Shown piece by piece: positions 1 through 13,736 of a DNA stretch of 64,000 nt (positions are counted from its first letter, which is position 1; each line of letters begins with the position of its first letter). Under the pieces are notes generated by a model that saw only the letters and a list, made by a program, of their open reading frames with translations, was not told where the DNA came from and did no database searches. The DNA comes from Podarcis bocagei (Eukaryota), in assembly GCA_964188305.1 (NCBI GenBank), contig OZ076885.1; one strand, written 5' to 3'. The position numbers and the translations under genes were made by a program.

Positions 1-1834
1 CACTAGGGGATCGACTCTTCCTCTCACACTCTTCCTAATGGAAATCCCTTGCCTCAGAAACCTGTAATAGCCTCAGAGGCAAAATCTGGGTGCCCATCTT
101 CCTGCCCCACCCCCAGAAAAGGCAAATAGCAGCCTGGGAGTATGTGTGACCTTGAATAATTTTTCCCACTCCCCACACGAGGCTGGTTTCAAGCTTTAAA
201 AGAAGGTTGTCAAGAGATCTGACCACAGACATGTGTCAAGCGTATGTCAGTCAACAAGTGACGGCTGTTGAACTTTAGGGTGGCCAATTATGCCTTACCA
301 AGAAAGGATTTGCATCACTAAAAAAGGGTGGGCACCAAATTTGCATAAAATCTGCATGGGGCTAATTCTCACCCTTCCCATCTAAAAACAAAACAAACAA
401 ATTTCTATCAACATTAGGTTTAGAAATTTCAAAATGAACAAGCAAACAAATGAAACTAATTACATTTTAGGCCTGCATTCATTTACCGGTAATTTATTAG
501 CAAAAGATTTCTGCTACCCCCACACAGCCAGATTTTTCTACCCAAAGATTAGGAGAGAAACCATGTCTTTCATTCTCTAAGAAGGGAGATGCATGAACAT
601 TTTCTGTGGCAGTGGCAGTGCTGTAGCAAGTCTCCTGGAGCCATTATAGACAAATGGTTTCATCTAATTCGGCTAGAAACTGTGGCTCTTGCATTACTAC
701 TGACATTTAAAGAAAATAACATTTGGAGTGGCTTTCAGCCAAAACTGTTTTCTGGCATCACGTGCTCAGCTAATTGCTCGGCTTTTCATATTCTAAGCAC
801 CATTATGAGCCTCCCTTGACATTCTTTCCAAACCTAATGCTTCTAATGAAACCAATGGAAATTCAAATACTCGGGGAGAAATAAGAGCAGTGAGAGGTAA
901 CCGGCTGGATTCAAGTTGGTAGTACTGGGAAAACCAATTGCCATGAAAAATGAGAGTGAACCAGCTTCTTCTCTATCCATGACTAAGCCAAATACTCTGT
1001 GGTTGGAATCCTTTATCTCCTGATTAAATGCAACAGGCATGTCAGTGAGAATGTGTATCAACTATAGTGAGATTTTCTAAAATTAAAAGGTGTACACCTT
1101 TACGCCTCTGTCCTAGAGCTTTTTTAATCGACTAAACCGAAAGGTCACGTCCCAGCAGAAAAACAGGTAATGTAATTGGTTTTTTTGAGTAGTCATCTGT
1201 GCAGTTCCACAAATGTTGCCTATATCTGTGGAAAGCAAAGTTCAGAACCTTCTAGAACTTCCTGATTAAAAGTTTTGGTGAGAAGCTCACCCCAACCTTC
1301 AAGGCACATGCTAAAGGTGAATGGCTCCTTTCCTAATGATCACTAGCATAAAACATACCTTTTTCAAAGATGCCACACACTGAGTCAACCTCTTCATAAA
1401 ACTATCCATTACAACTCCAAAGTCCCGGTTCAGTCCAGACACCATGAGTGTCTTACTTGGCTACAAGTGATCGCCAAAAAATTAGATATGTGAAATTAAG
1501 GGGTTTTTTTGCTCCAACATGCATCACTTTACAGTTGTTTAGATTGAATCACATTTGCCATTTTATTGTCTATTCACTTAGCTTGGAGAGATCCTTTTTT
1601 AATGGATATTTTTATATTGTTTTAATTCTATTACTGTGTTTACTTTTTAATAATTATCTTTTCTATGTTTTAAACTTTTTCGATTTTATCTCTGTGTGGG
1701 TTTTTTAATCTATAAATCTCATAGAGTACCAGTCTGGGGAAAAGCTGAGCTATAAGTAAATATAATAATAATATTTTTTTTTAGTCTTACTGTCCTACTC
1801 TCTCCTTCATGTTACATAACCAGTTCCTGATGCA

Positions 1835-2310
1835 CAAAATCCATCTCTTCTCTTATTCTATAACTGCTTACCTTACTCAGGAGTCTTTGGTGAGGGACTT
1901 TGTCAACAGCTTTTTGAAGGTCCAAGCAAGTACACAATGTCCATCACCTCTATCTATGTTATGTACTGAAGTTCTCACCCTGGGCTAGCAGGGGGATACT
2001 GTAGATAGTTCAGGTCCACATATGCAAATAAGGGGTCAAAAGTGACGCTCAGTGACTGGATAGTTACAGAAAATGGTTACTGTTGCGTTCTAGTGGAGCT
2101 CTATATAAGCAGGCTGGCTGAACCCTTCAGTTCAGTTCTGGCCTGTGAATAAACAAGAGCTGTTTGAAGAATCACTGTGTCGTCTGATATGTTCACCCAC
2201 AACTTAACTATCTATATGCTTGCTGACACTCTCAAAGAACTCTAATATGTTGGTAAGCATGGCTTACTCCTTCAGAAGCCATGCTGCTTCTGCTTCTGCA
2301 AGGCTTGTTC
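1835..2310 (-). mobile_element. CR1 LINE ORF2 (reverse transcriptase) fragment, split by a solo LTR
   Basis: The minus strand reads, with frameshifts and a stop, KQHGF...LEFFESVSKHIDRGD..DIVYL..QKAVDKVPHQRLLSK, the typical CR1 RT segment; it is interrupted at 1957-2209. Confidence 0.85.
1957..2209 (+). mobile_element. Solo LTR of an LTR retrotransposon (~250 bp)
   Basis: Starts TGTT and ends TTAAC(T), a probably mutated AACA; flanked by the direct repeat (T)ATCTA (1951-1956 / 2209-2214). Contains the octamer ATGCAAAT, a TATATAA box (~2102) and AATAAA (~2148) in U3-R-U5 order. Confidence 0.85.
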
Positions 2311-4336
2311 TGCTGGACCCACTCTATTTTCTTGACCATTATTTGTCGTAACTGATTTTAATATTGTGCTTTTAAGTGGTTGCAGCTCACCTTGGAACTT
2401 CATGCTGAAAGGCAGGTAAGAAATTTAATGAATGAATGAATGATCAAGCTCCCGTATGTGCCAAATAAGAGCAACTGTACAAGAGATGGGACAGAGAGGG
2501 ATAGAGCAGAGAGGCCCCTATGGGCCTTCCAAGTCTGAGCCGCAGAGGATGGTGCAATCCTGTTGCGAGGAGAGAGAACCAATGCATACAGGGAGGGAGT
2601 GCATCAGGAATCATTATAGCATATGGACAAAACTGAAACAAAGAAAAAATTACTGTTGGAATCAAATCAAAGGTGACTGCTCTAGAAAGACAAAGTAAGT
2701 GTCAGAAGACTGAACAATGTACAAATGTTCAAGCCTTTCCACATCTTACATTAGTATTATCATACAATTTTGTACCACTATGAGATCTGACTTACACTTC
2801 CTACTTTAGGAAGGAAAAAGACTTTCCCTCTGATCAGGCCTTTTATTTGCCTCAACTGCTAGAGTTTATTCAGTTTATTAGGATTCAGCACAGCATTCCC
2901 ATTATCTGTTCATCCTGCATACTTGTGCTTCCTTATTCCTGCTTGGGTTGATAGCATCAGTGGCCATTATCTTCTCACTGTTATACAGAGCAGAGATTAT
3001 TTTCAATTACCAGCATCCCGAGAACTGTGCTATGTGTAAGTCTGAAGCCGTAAATGTCTAATTTTTATGATGTTTGAATGAACTTGCCACTTTCTCAAAT
3101 GGAGTACTCAATCTTATTAGTTGTGTGAAAAGAAAAGTACTGTTGGGGTGGATAAAAGCTTTCAAATATGCAAAAAGCGGCTATATGCCGAGATGATAAG
3201 AACTGGTGTTTTCTGTGGCTATTAGGACAAGGAATGCAGCTGAATGATAAAGGAAAGACTGAAGAAGAATTGTCAAATCAGAACAATCAGGCAATGGAAT
3301 TACGGAATAATCAGGGCTTTGCATATCCTGAGCCGATAAGAGTCAAAATAAAATGTGATATAAGCAATGTCCATGGCCATACTAAATTTGCACCCCAAGG
3401 AAGCAAGGCTGTCAATAGGAAAGGTATAAGACACAAGCAAGCATAGCCAAATCCTTCCTAGGATGAAAAGGCTGAATTCTCTGAAATGGGTTATCATCAG
3501 ATCCTACTGTAGCCAGAGTTTTAGGAATCAAAAAACTGTTTTGGTTCAGTCTGAAAGACAGTGTTGCCCACAGCAAAGATTTATTTATTTATAAAAGTGC
3601 ATCAGTATCAAGGCGATATACACTAAAAACGTAGAACATCATCTGATTCTTTAAACACACACACACACAAATAGTAATAAAATAAAACAAAAAAAATTAA
3701 ACAGCTGCAAAGGCCTGCCGGCACAACCAAGTTTTCAAGAGGTGCCTGAAAGTAAAAACTGAGCATGCTTGTTGACTGTTACTGGCAATGGTAAACATCC
3801 AACCTCTGGTAGAGGCCTGTAGGGGCCTGTAGGGGGTAACTAACGGTGCTTCACAGTACAGTACCTTTTTTTCGAGGAAAAATGGTATCGGTACTCACGG
3901 TAGCGATCCGCCTTCCACTACTGCCCTTTTCACAGGGGGCAAATCATGGGACCCCCCAAAATGTTCGCCACCCAATAAGCCAGACAAGCAGTCGCCTGCC
4001 TTGCCCCATCTCCTCACAGTGGCTAGGCCTCACTGTGCCTGCACTGCCAACTAGCTGTGCACTCATAGGTTCGCAGAGACTGCATCCACACCCCTATGCC
4101 CCAGGCTTCTTTTTTTGCCCTCCTTCCATGCCCACCAAAAGCTCCAGGCCCCACCCACTGCCAACTAAAGGGTGGAAAGGCAGTGTGCATGCGTGACAGC
4201 CAGGCTCCTGTGCCATGGGCACCTTTGAAGCCTTGCCCTATTGCAAGGGCATAAAAGGGATAAAAGCATTGATGCTTTCCTTTCCGCCTAAACAGCCTTT
4301 TCTTAGGATCTGGGCATGGGGGATGAGGGTGGGAAG

Positions 4337-4375
4337 GGTAGAATCGTAGAGTTGGAAGGGAACACGGAGATCATC
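4337..4375 (-). mobile_element. Short CR1 3'-terminal fragment
   Basis: AGAATCGTAGAGTTGGAAGGG is the reverse complement of the CR1 tail CCCTTCCAACTCTACGATTCT, also seen at 54088-54108. Confidence 0.55.
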
Positions 4376-6412
4376 GCAAGATTGAAGGAGGGATGTGCCA
4401 GTACTGTGTACCATTGAGTACCACTAGAAAAAAGCCCTGGATGATCTAAGTGATGGAGCTGGCACATAAGGGCTCTAGGAATCCTTAAGGTATCCTGGGC
4501 CCAAGTTGTTATATCAACACAAGAAACCTGAAACTTGTCAATTAATGTTCTGCTCAATGGTCTACATCAAATATGCTTTGAACAGCCCAGGGTCCAGGTT
4601 AGAGCCTGGAGTGGCTCCAGTTTCTAAATCTTCTTCTCTCTTTGTGTCAGATGAGGGTCCACATAGCTGGCTCAAGACATTTTGCTGCCCAAGGGAGAGC
4701 AGCAAATGGTACCCACCACAGTGCATATAGATGCATAGCACTCAAGGCTAGTCAGAAAATCCCACTGGGGCATCTCTCCTCCCTGGCAGCAGCAACACAG
4801 CAACAATTTGCAGCCCTTTCATGACACATAAAATGAGCTGCCCAAGGTGGCTGCCTCACTCTGCTAATGGTAAAGCCGGGCCTGAAGCAGCACTCATCTT
4901 TCTCCCACTTTGGCCACAGTACTCTGCGTCAGAGCTGTGCAATGTATAATCATATTAATAATAATAATAATAATAATTCTGCAACAGCAACATTGCACTC
5001 TTGCAAGCAATCATTTTCTTTTGAAAGTCTAGTGAAATAGGTATTTGAGTACAAAGGTGCTTCACACTTTATTTGGGTAGGTTTACAGTGATACAACAGT
5101 TAAAGTGATTCAGACTCAGGAAGGGGTTTACATCAGAATCCCCTCTGAAAATGAAGGGAGGTACAGTAATTCATTTGAGCAGTAACACGGAAGGTGCTTT
5201 TAAGGTCTGACTTGGAGACTCCTGGCAAATATAGCCTGCGAGTCAAACAGGTTCCCCACCCTGATCTGTAAGAAATAGTGATTCTAATAATTCTCAAACA
5301 GTGTTTTGTGGATAACCTCCACCCACCTTCTTAGCCCTCTTCCCTCTCTCTCCTTCCACTTCCTCCTTCAGCTACTGTACTGCTAAGAACAAACTTCTCA
5401 AAACTCAGGGTTGACAGAGTGCAAAACATGGCTTACACATAATGCTGAGCCATGGTTTAGTGTGATGTGCAAACCAGGCTGCTAAGATTTCCTCTACTGT
5501 ACTTTCCTCGGCCCCCTTTCAGATTTGATCACCCTAGAGAATGCCTGTGTAGCTGTTGCTTTGCATTGAAGCAGACTGCTTTCTCTATAGGGCAGTCTTT
5601 GAAAATGAAACCTGTCTGCAAATAAAACCCTATGAACCGTCAGCATGTATTGTAAACCTGCCTCACAACAAACCCTATCAATATACATGTAGGACACTGG
5701 GTTACTCTGTGATTGATGGGATTCTCAGAGACAGCATCTTCATAACAAAAGACTTTCCAAAGGGAATAAAGCATGATCTAAAATGTAACTCTTGACAGCA
5801 CCGCTATAACTAAAAAACTCAATATTTATCATATTGCCTTCCAGGACTACTATCCTGATCTGTTAAGGAAGATTGTGCACATTTTGCAGAGTCCACAATT
5901 CTGAAAACAAAAGACATACAAACTGAGAGGCTGCAATTCCACAAGATAAAGAATATCAAGATAAGAGGAGTCGTGCTAGAGAGTTAGGAGTGCTTTAGAC
6001 AGAAGCAAAATCTGGCCTTTAATTATTGGGAATTAGCTGGGTAGTTCACTACTATCCACAAATGTATGACCTATGAATGTCCTTTTAATGGCTTTTCTCT
6101 TAGCCACTCAGGATAAGGGCTGTGGGAGATTAATAACTCCACAACACAACACACTCTTGTAGTTTAGTATTCCACATCCATGGATCAAAGGTTGCCTTGG
6201 AGACACTTGTGTATACATTTTTCTAGCATCCCATATTCTTCCCAAGCACAGCCATCTGTAATTGTTTTCTAAAAACCAAGGTGAGGACTCCAAGGAAGCT
6301 TATATCACTCCCAGCTTCCACCACTGGTATTAACTCAGAATCAGCAGCACTTATTCAAAAGATGGAAGGAAGCATGAGTGCAAATATAAAACTCTATAGG
6401 AATTTAGTGTTA

Positions 6413-6638
6413 NNNNNNNNNNNNNNNNNNNNNNNNNNNNNNNNNNNNNNNNNNNNNNNNNNNNNNNNNNNNNNNNNNNNNNNNNNNNNNNNNNNNNNNN
6501 NNNNNNNNNNNNNNNNNNNNNNNNNNNNNNNNNNNNNNNNNNNNNNNNNNNNNNNNNNNNNNNNNNNNNNNNNNNNNNNNNNNNNNNNNNNNNNNNNNNN
6601 NNNNNNNNNNNNNNNNNNNNNNNNNNNNNNNNNNNNNA
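6413..6638. other. Assembly gap (226 N)
   Basis: Run of N directly abutting a MITE whose left end is missing. Confidence 0.99.
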
Positions 6639-6846
6639 CATACGCTTCAGGTTACAGACTCCGCTAACCCAGAAATAGTGCTTCAGGTTAAGAACTTTGC
6701 TTCAGGATGAGAACAGAAATCGTGCTCCAACGGCGCGGCAGCAGCGGGAGCCCCCTTAAGGTAAAGTAGTGCTTCAGGTTAAGAACAGTTTCAGGTTAAG
6801 TACGGACCTCCGGAACGAATTAAGTGCTTAACCCAAGGTACCACTG
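6639..6846 (+). mobile_element. Tigger/pogo-like TcMar MITE, family A; left end lost in the gap
   Basis: Ends AAGGTACCACTG followed by TA; internal sequence matches the copies at 13737, 32453 and 50212. Confidence 0.9.
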
Positions 6847-7384
6847 TAGTTGCTTGGACAAAGCTGGGTGTGTGAGGATAGGAGGAATATAATCCTTTCT
6901 AGATGTTAGTTACACCAGCTGGTCTAATGATCTGTTTAAAAAGAAGGAATGAAGAATTTGAGGTCCTTGGGTATCTGAGAACAAAATCGGACAGGTAAAA
7001 CAAAATGTGTCAGGGATCAGATTGCCCTGCAGTAGCTTACTTCTGGGTTAACACTGAGCAGCTTCTAACTTGTGGGAGAAAAATGACTATTAGAAGGGAG
7101 CCAAGGAGAATTATTTTTTATTTATAAGGGCTAACTCTGAGGACAAGGTTCAGCAGTATATTCAAGCATTATGTAAATGGCGCAGAAGACTCAGGCACAT
7201 TTTTTAAAAACACAGTTGTAGAAAAAAAATGTACACAGTCAAGTGTGGCTACTGGTATCTATCTTGCCAGGACTAGGCATGTTTGGAAGCTGCATTGTGC
7301 AATGACTAACAAAGATGTGTAACACTGACAGTTTACACGATTTCCCATAGGGGAAGAACTATTATTGGAAATAGGGAAGTTGCG

Positions 7385-7455
<71 letters not shown>

Positions 7456-7456
7456 T
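7385..7456. repeat. Compound (CT)n(GT)n microsatellite
   Basis: Directly visible. Confidence 0.97.
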
Positions 7457-8344
7457 CTGAGGTAGCTTTTGCTAATCTCAAAAACTTTTAATTATTTAGG
7501 AATGAGCTGGTGTAACTACACTACACACCGTCTTATTTGTTGCTTGACAGTAACTGTGTTTCGATGCTGTAAAGCAGCTGAGCTGGTTTAAGAGGCTGAC
7601 CATATATACCACCATCACCTCCCTCCCTCCCACCCCCCAAAAAAACTTCTAAGAGCACATCCACAACTCTTAAACTTGTATAATAGTGTTTTAAATGTAT
7701 GCAACCTATTGAAGGTAATGGCCCTTCACTATGGCTAAAGCAAACCCAAAAATTCTACTCCTGAACAGATCCTACAAGATGGCAATTTTTTTCACGTTGA
7801 CAAATGTATTTTATTTGTTCCTTCATTCATCAAATTTATATTCCGCTCTTCCTCCCAAAGGAGCCCACTTGTACCTCATTAACTTGTAATGAGAGCCATA
7901 CATCAACATTCAGTACGCATTGTACACAATGGAAGCTGAAATCACAGCGAGGACATTTCCCTTCCCTATGTTTCAAATTACATTATTGTGTTGTGCTGCA
8001 CACAGCAGAGAAGGAGTGGAGAGGCCTTCACTCGATGCACATTACCTGATTCGTTTCCATGCACCTGCAACCCAGCCCCCCCAAAAAACTCATATTCAGC
8101 GAAACTCTCATATTTGCACACACTGTCATCTGTGCATGTACAGTGACTGTCTCAACTGTACATACCATAGCTTAACCCTAGCTTACATTTTCAAATCAGA
8201 TGGAAGCTGGTTTAAGGGATAACACACAGAATTTCTCAAGAAACTACAGGATACATATGGGTTGTGGTTAATATCACGTGCACACAGCTTCAAACACCGG
8301 TGGTGAGATTGCCAGAGTAAACAATAATGTGTAGGATGGCTTAA

Positions 8345-8431
8345 AGGTTGCCATCATAGCCATGTATACTCAGAAGTCCCATTGAATTCAGTGGCTCTTA
8401 CTCCCTGTTAAGTGGAGTTAGGATTGCAGCC
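8345..8431. mobile_element. Short palindromic MITE (GGCTGCAATCC...GGATTGCAGCC type, Harbinger-like)
   Basis: Core CTCAGAAGTCCCATTGAATTCAGTGG..CTTACTCCC ending GGATTGCAGCC; related copies near 12400-12470, 14006-14072 and 62780-62865. Confidence 0.55.
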
Positions 8432-11400
8432 AAAATGATGAGAAAATGTACAACAAAGTGCACAACAAAGGCACACAGCCATTTGACTATTTTTCTACTG
8501 CATTGTTTCTGTGACTGTAGCAGTGGCAAAACATACTATTTTTTTCAGCATTTTCTCCATGAACCAATGCTTCAGCTGAATCTAAATTCAGTCCTTGTAC
8601 AAGAACAATGCTGTGACTGCCCTTTTCTTTTGCTACAGCTAGTGACCATGACTACTCTACTTATGAAAAGTCATGTTTCTTCCAACAGTATAAAAAATTC
8701 ACAGTACACTATGTGACGCCTAGCACACAGCAAATGTTTATGGCTATAAGACAATTAGAGCAGGTATGAAAACCCATTTTGCACAGCATAACTTTCCCCA
8801 CAGGCCTTGTTTCACATTCTACATAATTTTTGCCCTTTGCAGCTCCGGGAAGAATCAGAAATTGCAATGGGGGGTTCATGGAAGCAGTGGAAAAGCTTCA
8901 GGGAACATGTCCATCTTTGTTGGAAAATATCTATTTTCCATTGATCCAAGGCAATCGTTAACATGGTCAGGCTGGTCTGCTTGAAGTGCTTATGGATTAG
9001 GAGTCTTAAGAGGAAAATGTTTACATTTTTGTTTTTATGAACATTTGGAGAAGGCTTCTAAGCCTCTCTTCTGCCATGAGAAAAGTACATGCATTCCTCC
9101 TCCTTTTATCATTTGTAAAAGCTCTAGGCTTCTAGGAACAGCTTAGAAACAATGCTTGCATACTTTTAAGTTTTTACAACAGTTATTACCTGCTTTTTAG
9201 GAATCTTTGTCAGGCTTAATTAGTGTGAATTTTAAAAGCCCTTTGAAATCCTTTAATTAAAGTTACTGTAAAATATTATTTTGCGTGTCATTCGAAGGCT
9301 CCTTGCCAATGACCTCTAGTGCAAAAAAAGACCATTGTAGAACAGATGTTACAGAATACTGATACCAGCTTCCATCTAGACATTTATATAAGCTGAAAAA
9401 TGGGGGGGGGAGGTTTTGCAAGGGCTTTAAAAAGCTATTGCTATGATTTTTAGTATATCTCTTGACAGATATAGAGGACATGAAACATGGGCACTGTGCC
9501 CTGTTAGCATCCTTTTCATGAAACAAAGAAATCACAGTCTATACTTCTGCAGTATTCCTCTCTATCAAACAGGTGTGTGTGCACGCACACACACAGAGAT
9601 ATTAGCTTTGCAAAACAATTGCTTTGCTCCGAGAAAGATAGCATTTGATTAATTCAATTACCTCAGAATATGATCCCTGCCAAAACAGAAAATAAAAGGT
9701 GTTTCTATGGAGACCAAAAGACAAGCCAGCTGTTTCAGCTAATGTAGCTGTCCCAGCTGCCCCTCCACCCCACCCGTTTCTTGAGTGACTGTGTATATGG
9801 CACAACACGGAAAAAGGAACATAGAAGCCTGGCAGGGGACATTAGCAAAATACACTTTCATTCAATCTTGGGAAATTACTTGTATTACTGGTTAAGTGCC
9901 ATGGAGAGGTCCACATTTTCTCCAGTAGACTGTTTGTACTTTCACACACAGATGATGATCTCATAATTTGTAGACTTGTTCTTTTTCCCAGAACATCACA
10001 TCACCATTGGACAAAACCCCATTTCAGAACATCCAAAAGAACCAGCCACGTAGCCCTACAACCACCAACAAACAGAGTCTCTGATTATGAAATTCTCATC
10101 TAGCAGCATGTACTCATACAGCATTTTGCTCTTACTTTAATCACCTCAAAAACTATTTCCCCCCGCTCCATTCTACGTATGTGCTTACTAACTTTGGTAG
10201 TCCTGTTCTTTATTTTTCATTAACCCTTCATCTTCATTGCTCAGGTTTTATGTCACAGGGACCTACCAGATGAGTTTTTTCTTGCCCTGCTAACCTGCCT
10301 GGATTAATCACCATTAGAAACTTCAGCTGCTTGCTTGCTGAAAACCTGCAAAATCTCCATTATGCATTTCCACACAAATGAAGTATGCTTTAACCATAGA
10401 CTCTTAAGACAAATGTTAAGGACATCTGGTGTATTAATAGCATGTAATGATGGCTGTCTGCAAATCAACATGTATTCTTGCTGCAAAGAGCATCAGATCT
10501 CTCTCACCTTCCACCATAAGCACCTTTGGCCAGGCACAGAGAGGGAAGCTTAGCTTCTGACTTTTAAATCTCTTTAAATGTGAACTTGTATTTCTGAAAT
10601 ATGAAAATATAAAGAGAGAAAACAAGACTGTGTACATTTTAAACAAATTTTGGTGTGAGAGATTATACAGCTGAGAAATTTCTGCATTTATTTGCATCTA
10701 GACAATAGATTTAAGAGTCTTAGCCTTGAAAAACATTACTGGGCAGGGAAGCTGTGGTAATGTGACCTAAGTTGGAAAACCTTGCACTGGAGTGTGGAAG
10801 TAAAAGGACTTCTCCCAGGGAACATCATTCTCTTCTGAACATTTTCTGAGGAAACCAATATATAGCAGGTAGGCTGGTGGGAGACTATGGGAGAGACTCA
10901 TCTGTGGAAGCTCTGCACAAGGACTTCAGCTTGTGCAATGGGACTTTCTTCCCCTCTTCTCCCATTCAACTTCCCCGCCCGCCCCCATGTGTTGCAGTGT
11001 GCAGATGGAACAATCCCCCTCCCCTCAGCAGTGTTCAGGGGTGGTTTCTCCTGCCCTCCCAGAGCCAGTTTTGGGGCACATGGGAGGAAGAGAGCAGGGA
11101 GCTCTGTTGCACCAGCAGAAGTCCTTGGACAGGGCTTTCCGCCATTGGGGCCCGTTAGGTGAACCCTAGCGAATGATAGCTCTCTATTATTTTTTAAACC
11201 AAATCAGTATCAGTGATGAGCCTGTATAAATAGTCATACATCAAGGGAACAGGCTTTTGACAGCAGGGCTAGGAATAACGTGGTCAAAAGAGGACATACC
11301 TGCTGCCTCTTTAATAGTTGTCCAGAAGAAGAAATATAAGCAGGTGCAACTTTCATGGCAAGCTGCACCTGCTGAAACCCCCTCCTCTGCACATCTGTTA

Positions 11401-12939
11401 CTAGACCTCCTTGAGAGAGAATGCCAAATGCTTGTTTATATGCATGAGCATAAGGAAAAGAAAAGCCTCTTGCATTAGATACTTCTAGTGCTGGCCAGCT
11501 GATCAGTCTAAATTGACTATAGAGCCATTCAAAAGCACTTACCCCCTATGTACGCACTTGATGATCTTCTCAATACTAGGGCCCTTTTATGCTGCTAAGG
11601 CATTATCATTTCATAATTAGTGGTAAGGAAATTTTAAATGGGGATGCCACAAGGCACTTAATCTAATACTCTACTCCCAAAAATGCCAATTCCCAAAGGC
11701 ATATGTTTAAATCACATACAACAAAGGTTCTGCTTTCCCCAGATGCAACCAGTCCTTAACTTATTATTATTGTGTGTGTATAGGACACACACTATTCAAT
11801 GGGACTTTCTCCCAAGGAAAAAAAAGGTCATAGGATCAGGCTATAAGAATAGCATACAAAGGAAGTCTGAAAAGGCCACATTCAAATCAAGTGTGATTTA
11901 CTACACTTGTCACAGAGCGTAATGTATTTCCTTTTTTTTTAATATATTGAGCATTATACAGACTTTCTGTGTATATAATATATGCATTATACAGCTACAG
12001 GAAGATTGATGTATATTACATTGTATATAAAAACACATTAGGCTGCATAATAATATATCTCAAAAGATAGAAGAGCTCCATTTGTCTTTTAGATGGGAAA
12101 TTATGCAGTAGAGTGAAATTTGTTTCCAAACTGGAGATAATCTGTAGTAACTCAGGACTCTCACAACTGTGAAGGATTATGACAAGATCAGTCATCCTAA
12201 CTGCATGAAATACTTTCCGCTATATCCTCCTTGCTTCTCCCTGAAACCTGGGATGTATGCATTTCCATGATTCTGATCCCGCTACAGCTTTTCTGTGTTG
12301 TTAATCCTTTTTTAACAAAATAAAAAACTTTGACTTTCCTGTTAAGTTTTTTAATGGGTAAAAGTGTGTGCATATAGCTTGATCCTACATACATATAGCT
12401 TGATTCTCAGAAGTCCCACTGAGGTCAGTGGGGTTACTCCCAAGTAAGTGCACACAGGTTTGCAGTCTTGATTTGCTAAAAAACAACAACAAATGAATTG
12501 ACACTGAAGAAAGGTGGTGAACAGAGTTAAGAGCACGTCTTCAGAAATTAGCAGTAGCATGAAGGGCAAAGGAAAAGGAAAAAAGAGATTAATCGAGGAG
12601 GATACACTTTTTCCCTTTTCTTGACGAGTTTCACAGTTTGTACATTTCCTTGATGACATCTGGCCACAGAGAAATGAGACAGACGCAAAAGAACACGGAT
12701 GGAATAACTAAGAGCTTAGGCTGGGCATGCTGGATGCAGAACAAAACTGCAGCAGACCCCTGCCAGTATTACAGCATCATCAAAAATGAAATCCCAGCAG
12801 GAAGCAGCTGAGCACAAGACTCCTGCAGGATATAAAAATGTTAGCCAAAGAGCCAAAAGTAACATTTTGGACAGCAGACTGTTTGAACTCAAACATGTGT
12901 TAAGAATCACATTTCTGCTTCCCTCCACCTGAACTGCAG

Positions 12940-12969
12940 AAGGCGGAAGCAGTGATCAGCGCTCAGCAG
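12940..12969 (+). other. Candidate 30-nt frame-preserving microexon (host gene unknown)
   Basis: Pyrimidine tract TTTCTGCTTCCCTCCACCT..CTGCAG| then 30 nt, then CAG|GTGAGT consensus donor; two of three frames are open (KAEAVISAQQ or GGSSDQRSA). Confidence 0.3.
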
Positions 12970-13147
12970 GTGAGTAGTTCACATCCATACTGCACTTATT
13001 TGGGCAGGTCGCTTCCTATTCTGATCATTGTAAATCCAGAGAGGCTAGCAGAATCAGCAAGGAAGCCACAGCTACTGTTTCACTAGAACAGCCGTGGCAC
13101 CTGACTGCAAAACCTCAAACCAGAAAAACAACTGGCCTGTATGCAAC

Positions 13148-13323
13148 TGTGTTAGAATAGGGCCAGGGAGACCAGCATTCAAATCGCCACTCAGGCATGA
13201 AGCTCGCTGGGTGATCTGGGGCCAGCCACAGCCAGCCTACCTCACAGGGATGTTGTGAGAGTAAAATGGAGAAGGAGGAGGACCTTGGAGAAAGAGTGGG
13301 ATATAAATGCAAATAGCAACAAC
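13148..13323 (+). mobile_element. tRNA/CORE-type SINE (MIR/Squam3-like), degenerate
   Basis: GGGAGACCAG..TTCAAATC B-box-like head, CCTACCTCACAGGG..TGTTGTGAG..TAAAATGG core and GGGATATAAATG tail. Confidence 0.75.
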
Positions 13324-13736
13324 AGATTGCCTAGGAAGACCTACAACCTAGTCTCAATGTGAATAGAAATGTGGGGCAAGAGTATGTTGCATAAAGCAGC
13401 ATAATGTTTAAAAGGTATGCTTTGGGAAGGGATGGAAGGGAAAGCACACAAAGGATTATAATGCGGATTATGCTTCTTATCTGGATTAGGGGCCCTATCC
13501 ACCCCCAAATGCCACTCCCGTCCCATTTGCCTCCAAAGCTCCTGTTTGCTATAATCAGCATCTTTGGGGGGGGGATGCAGCCTAGGGAGGGTGTTTTCTG
13601 GTGGGTATCCTCTGCAGGGCCACAATCTAGATCAGAACTACAATCTGGATCTGGGTTTACATGGCTGCTCCTGCTTCAAAAGGAAAAGGCTCAACTTCAG
13701 CACACTTTTTTAAAAAAAGTTCATCATAATAACTTA

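Noticed and set aside
3859-4271. Possible hAT element with CAGTACCTTTTTT / AAAAGCATTG ends
   Set aside because: The ends are degenerate and there is no TSD; too weak to call.
6281-6667. ORFs spanning the N run
   Set aside because: Artefacts of the assembly gap.
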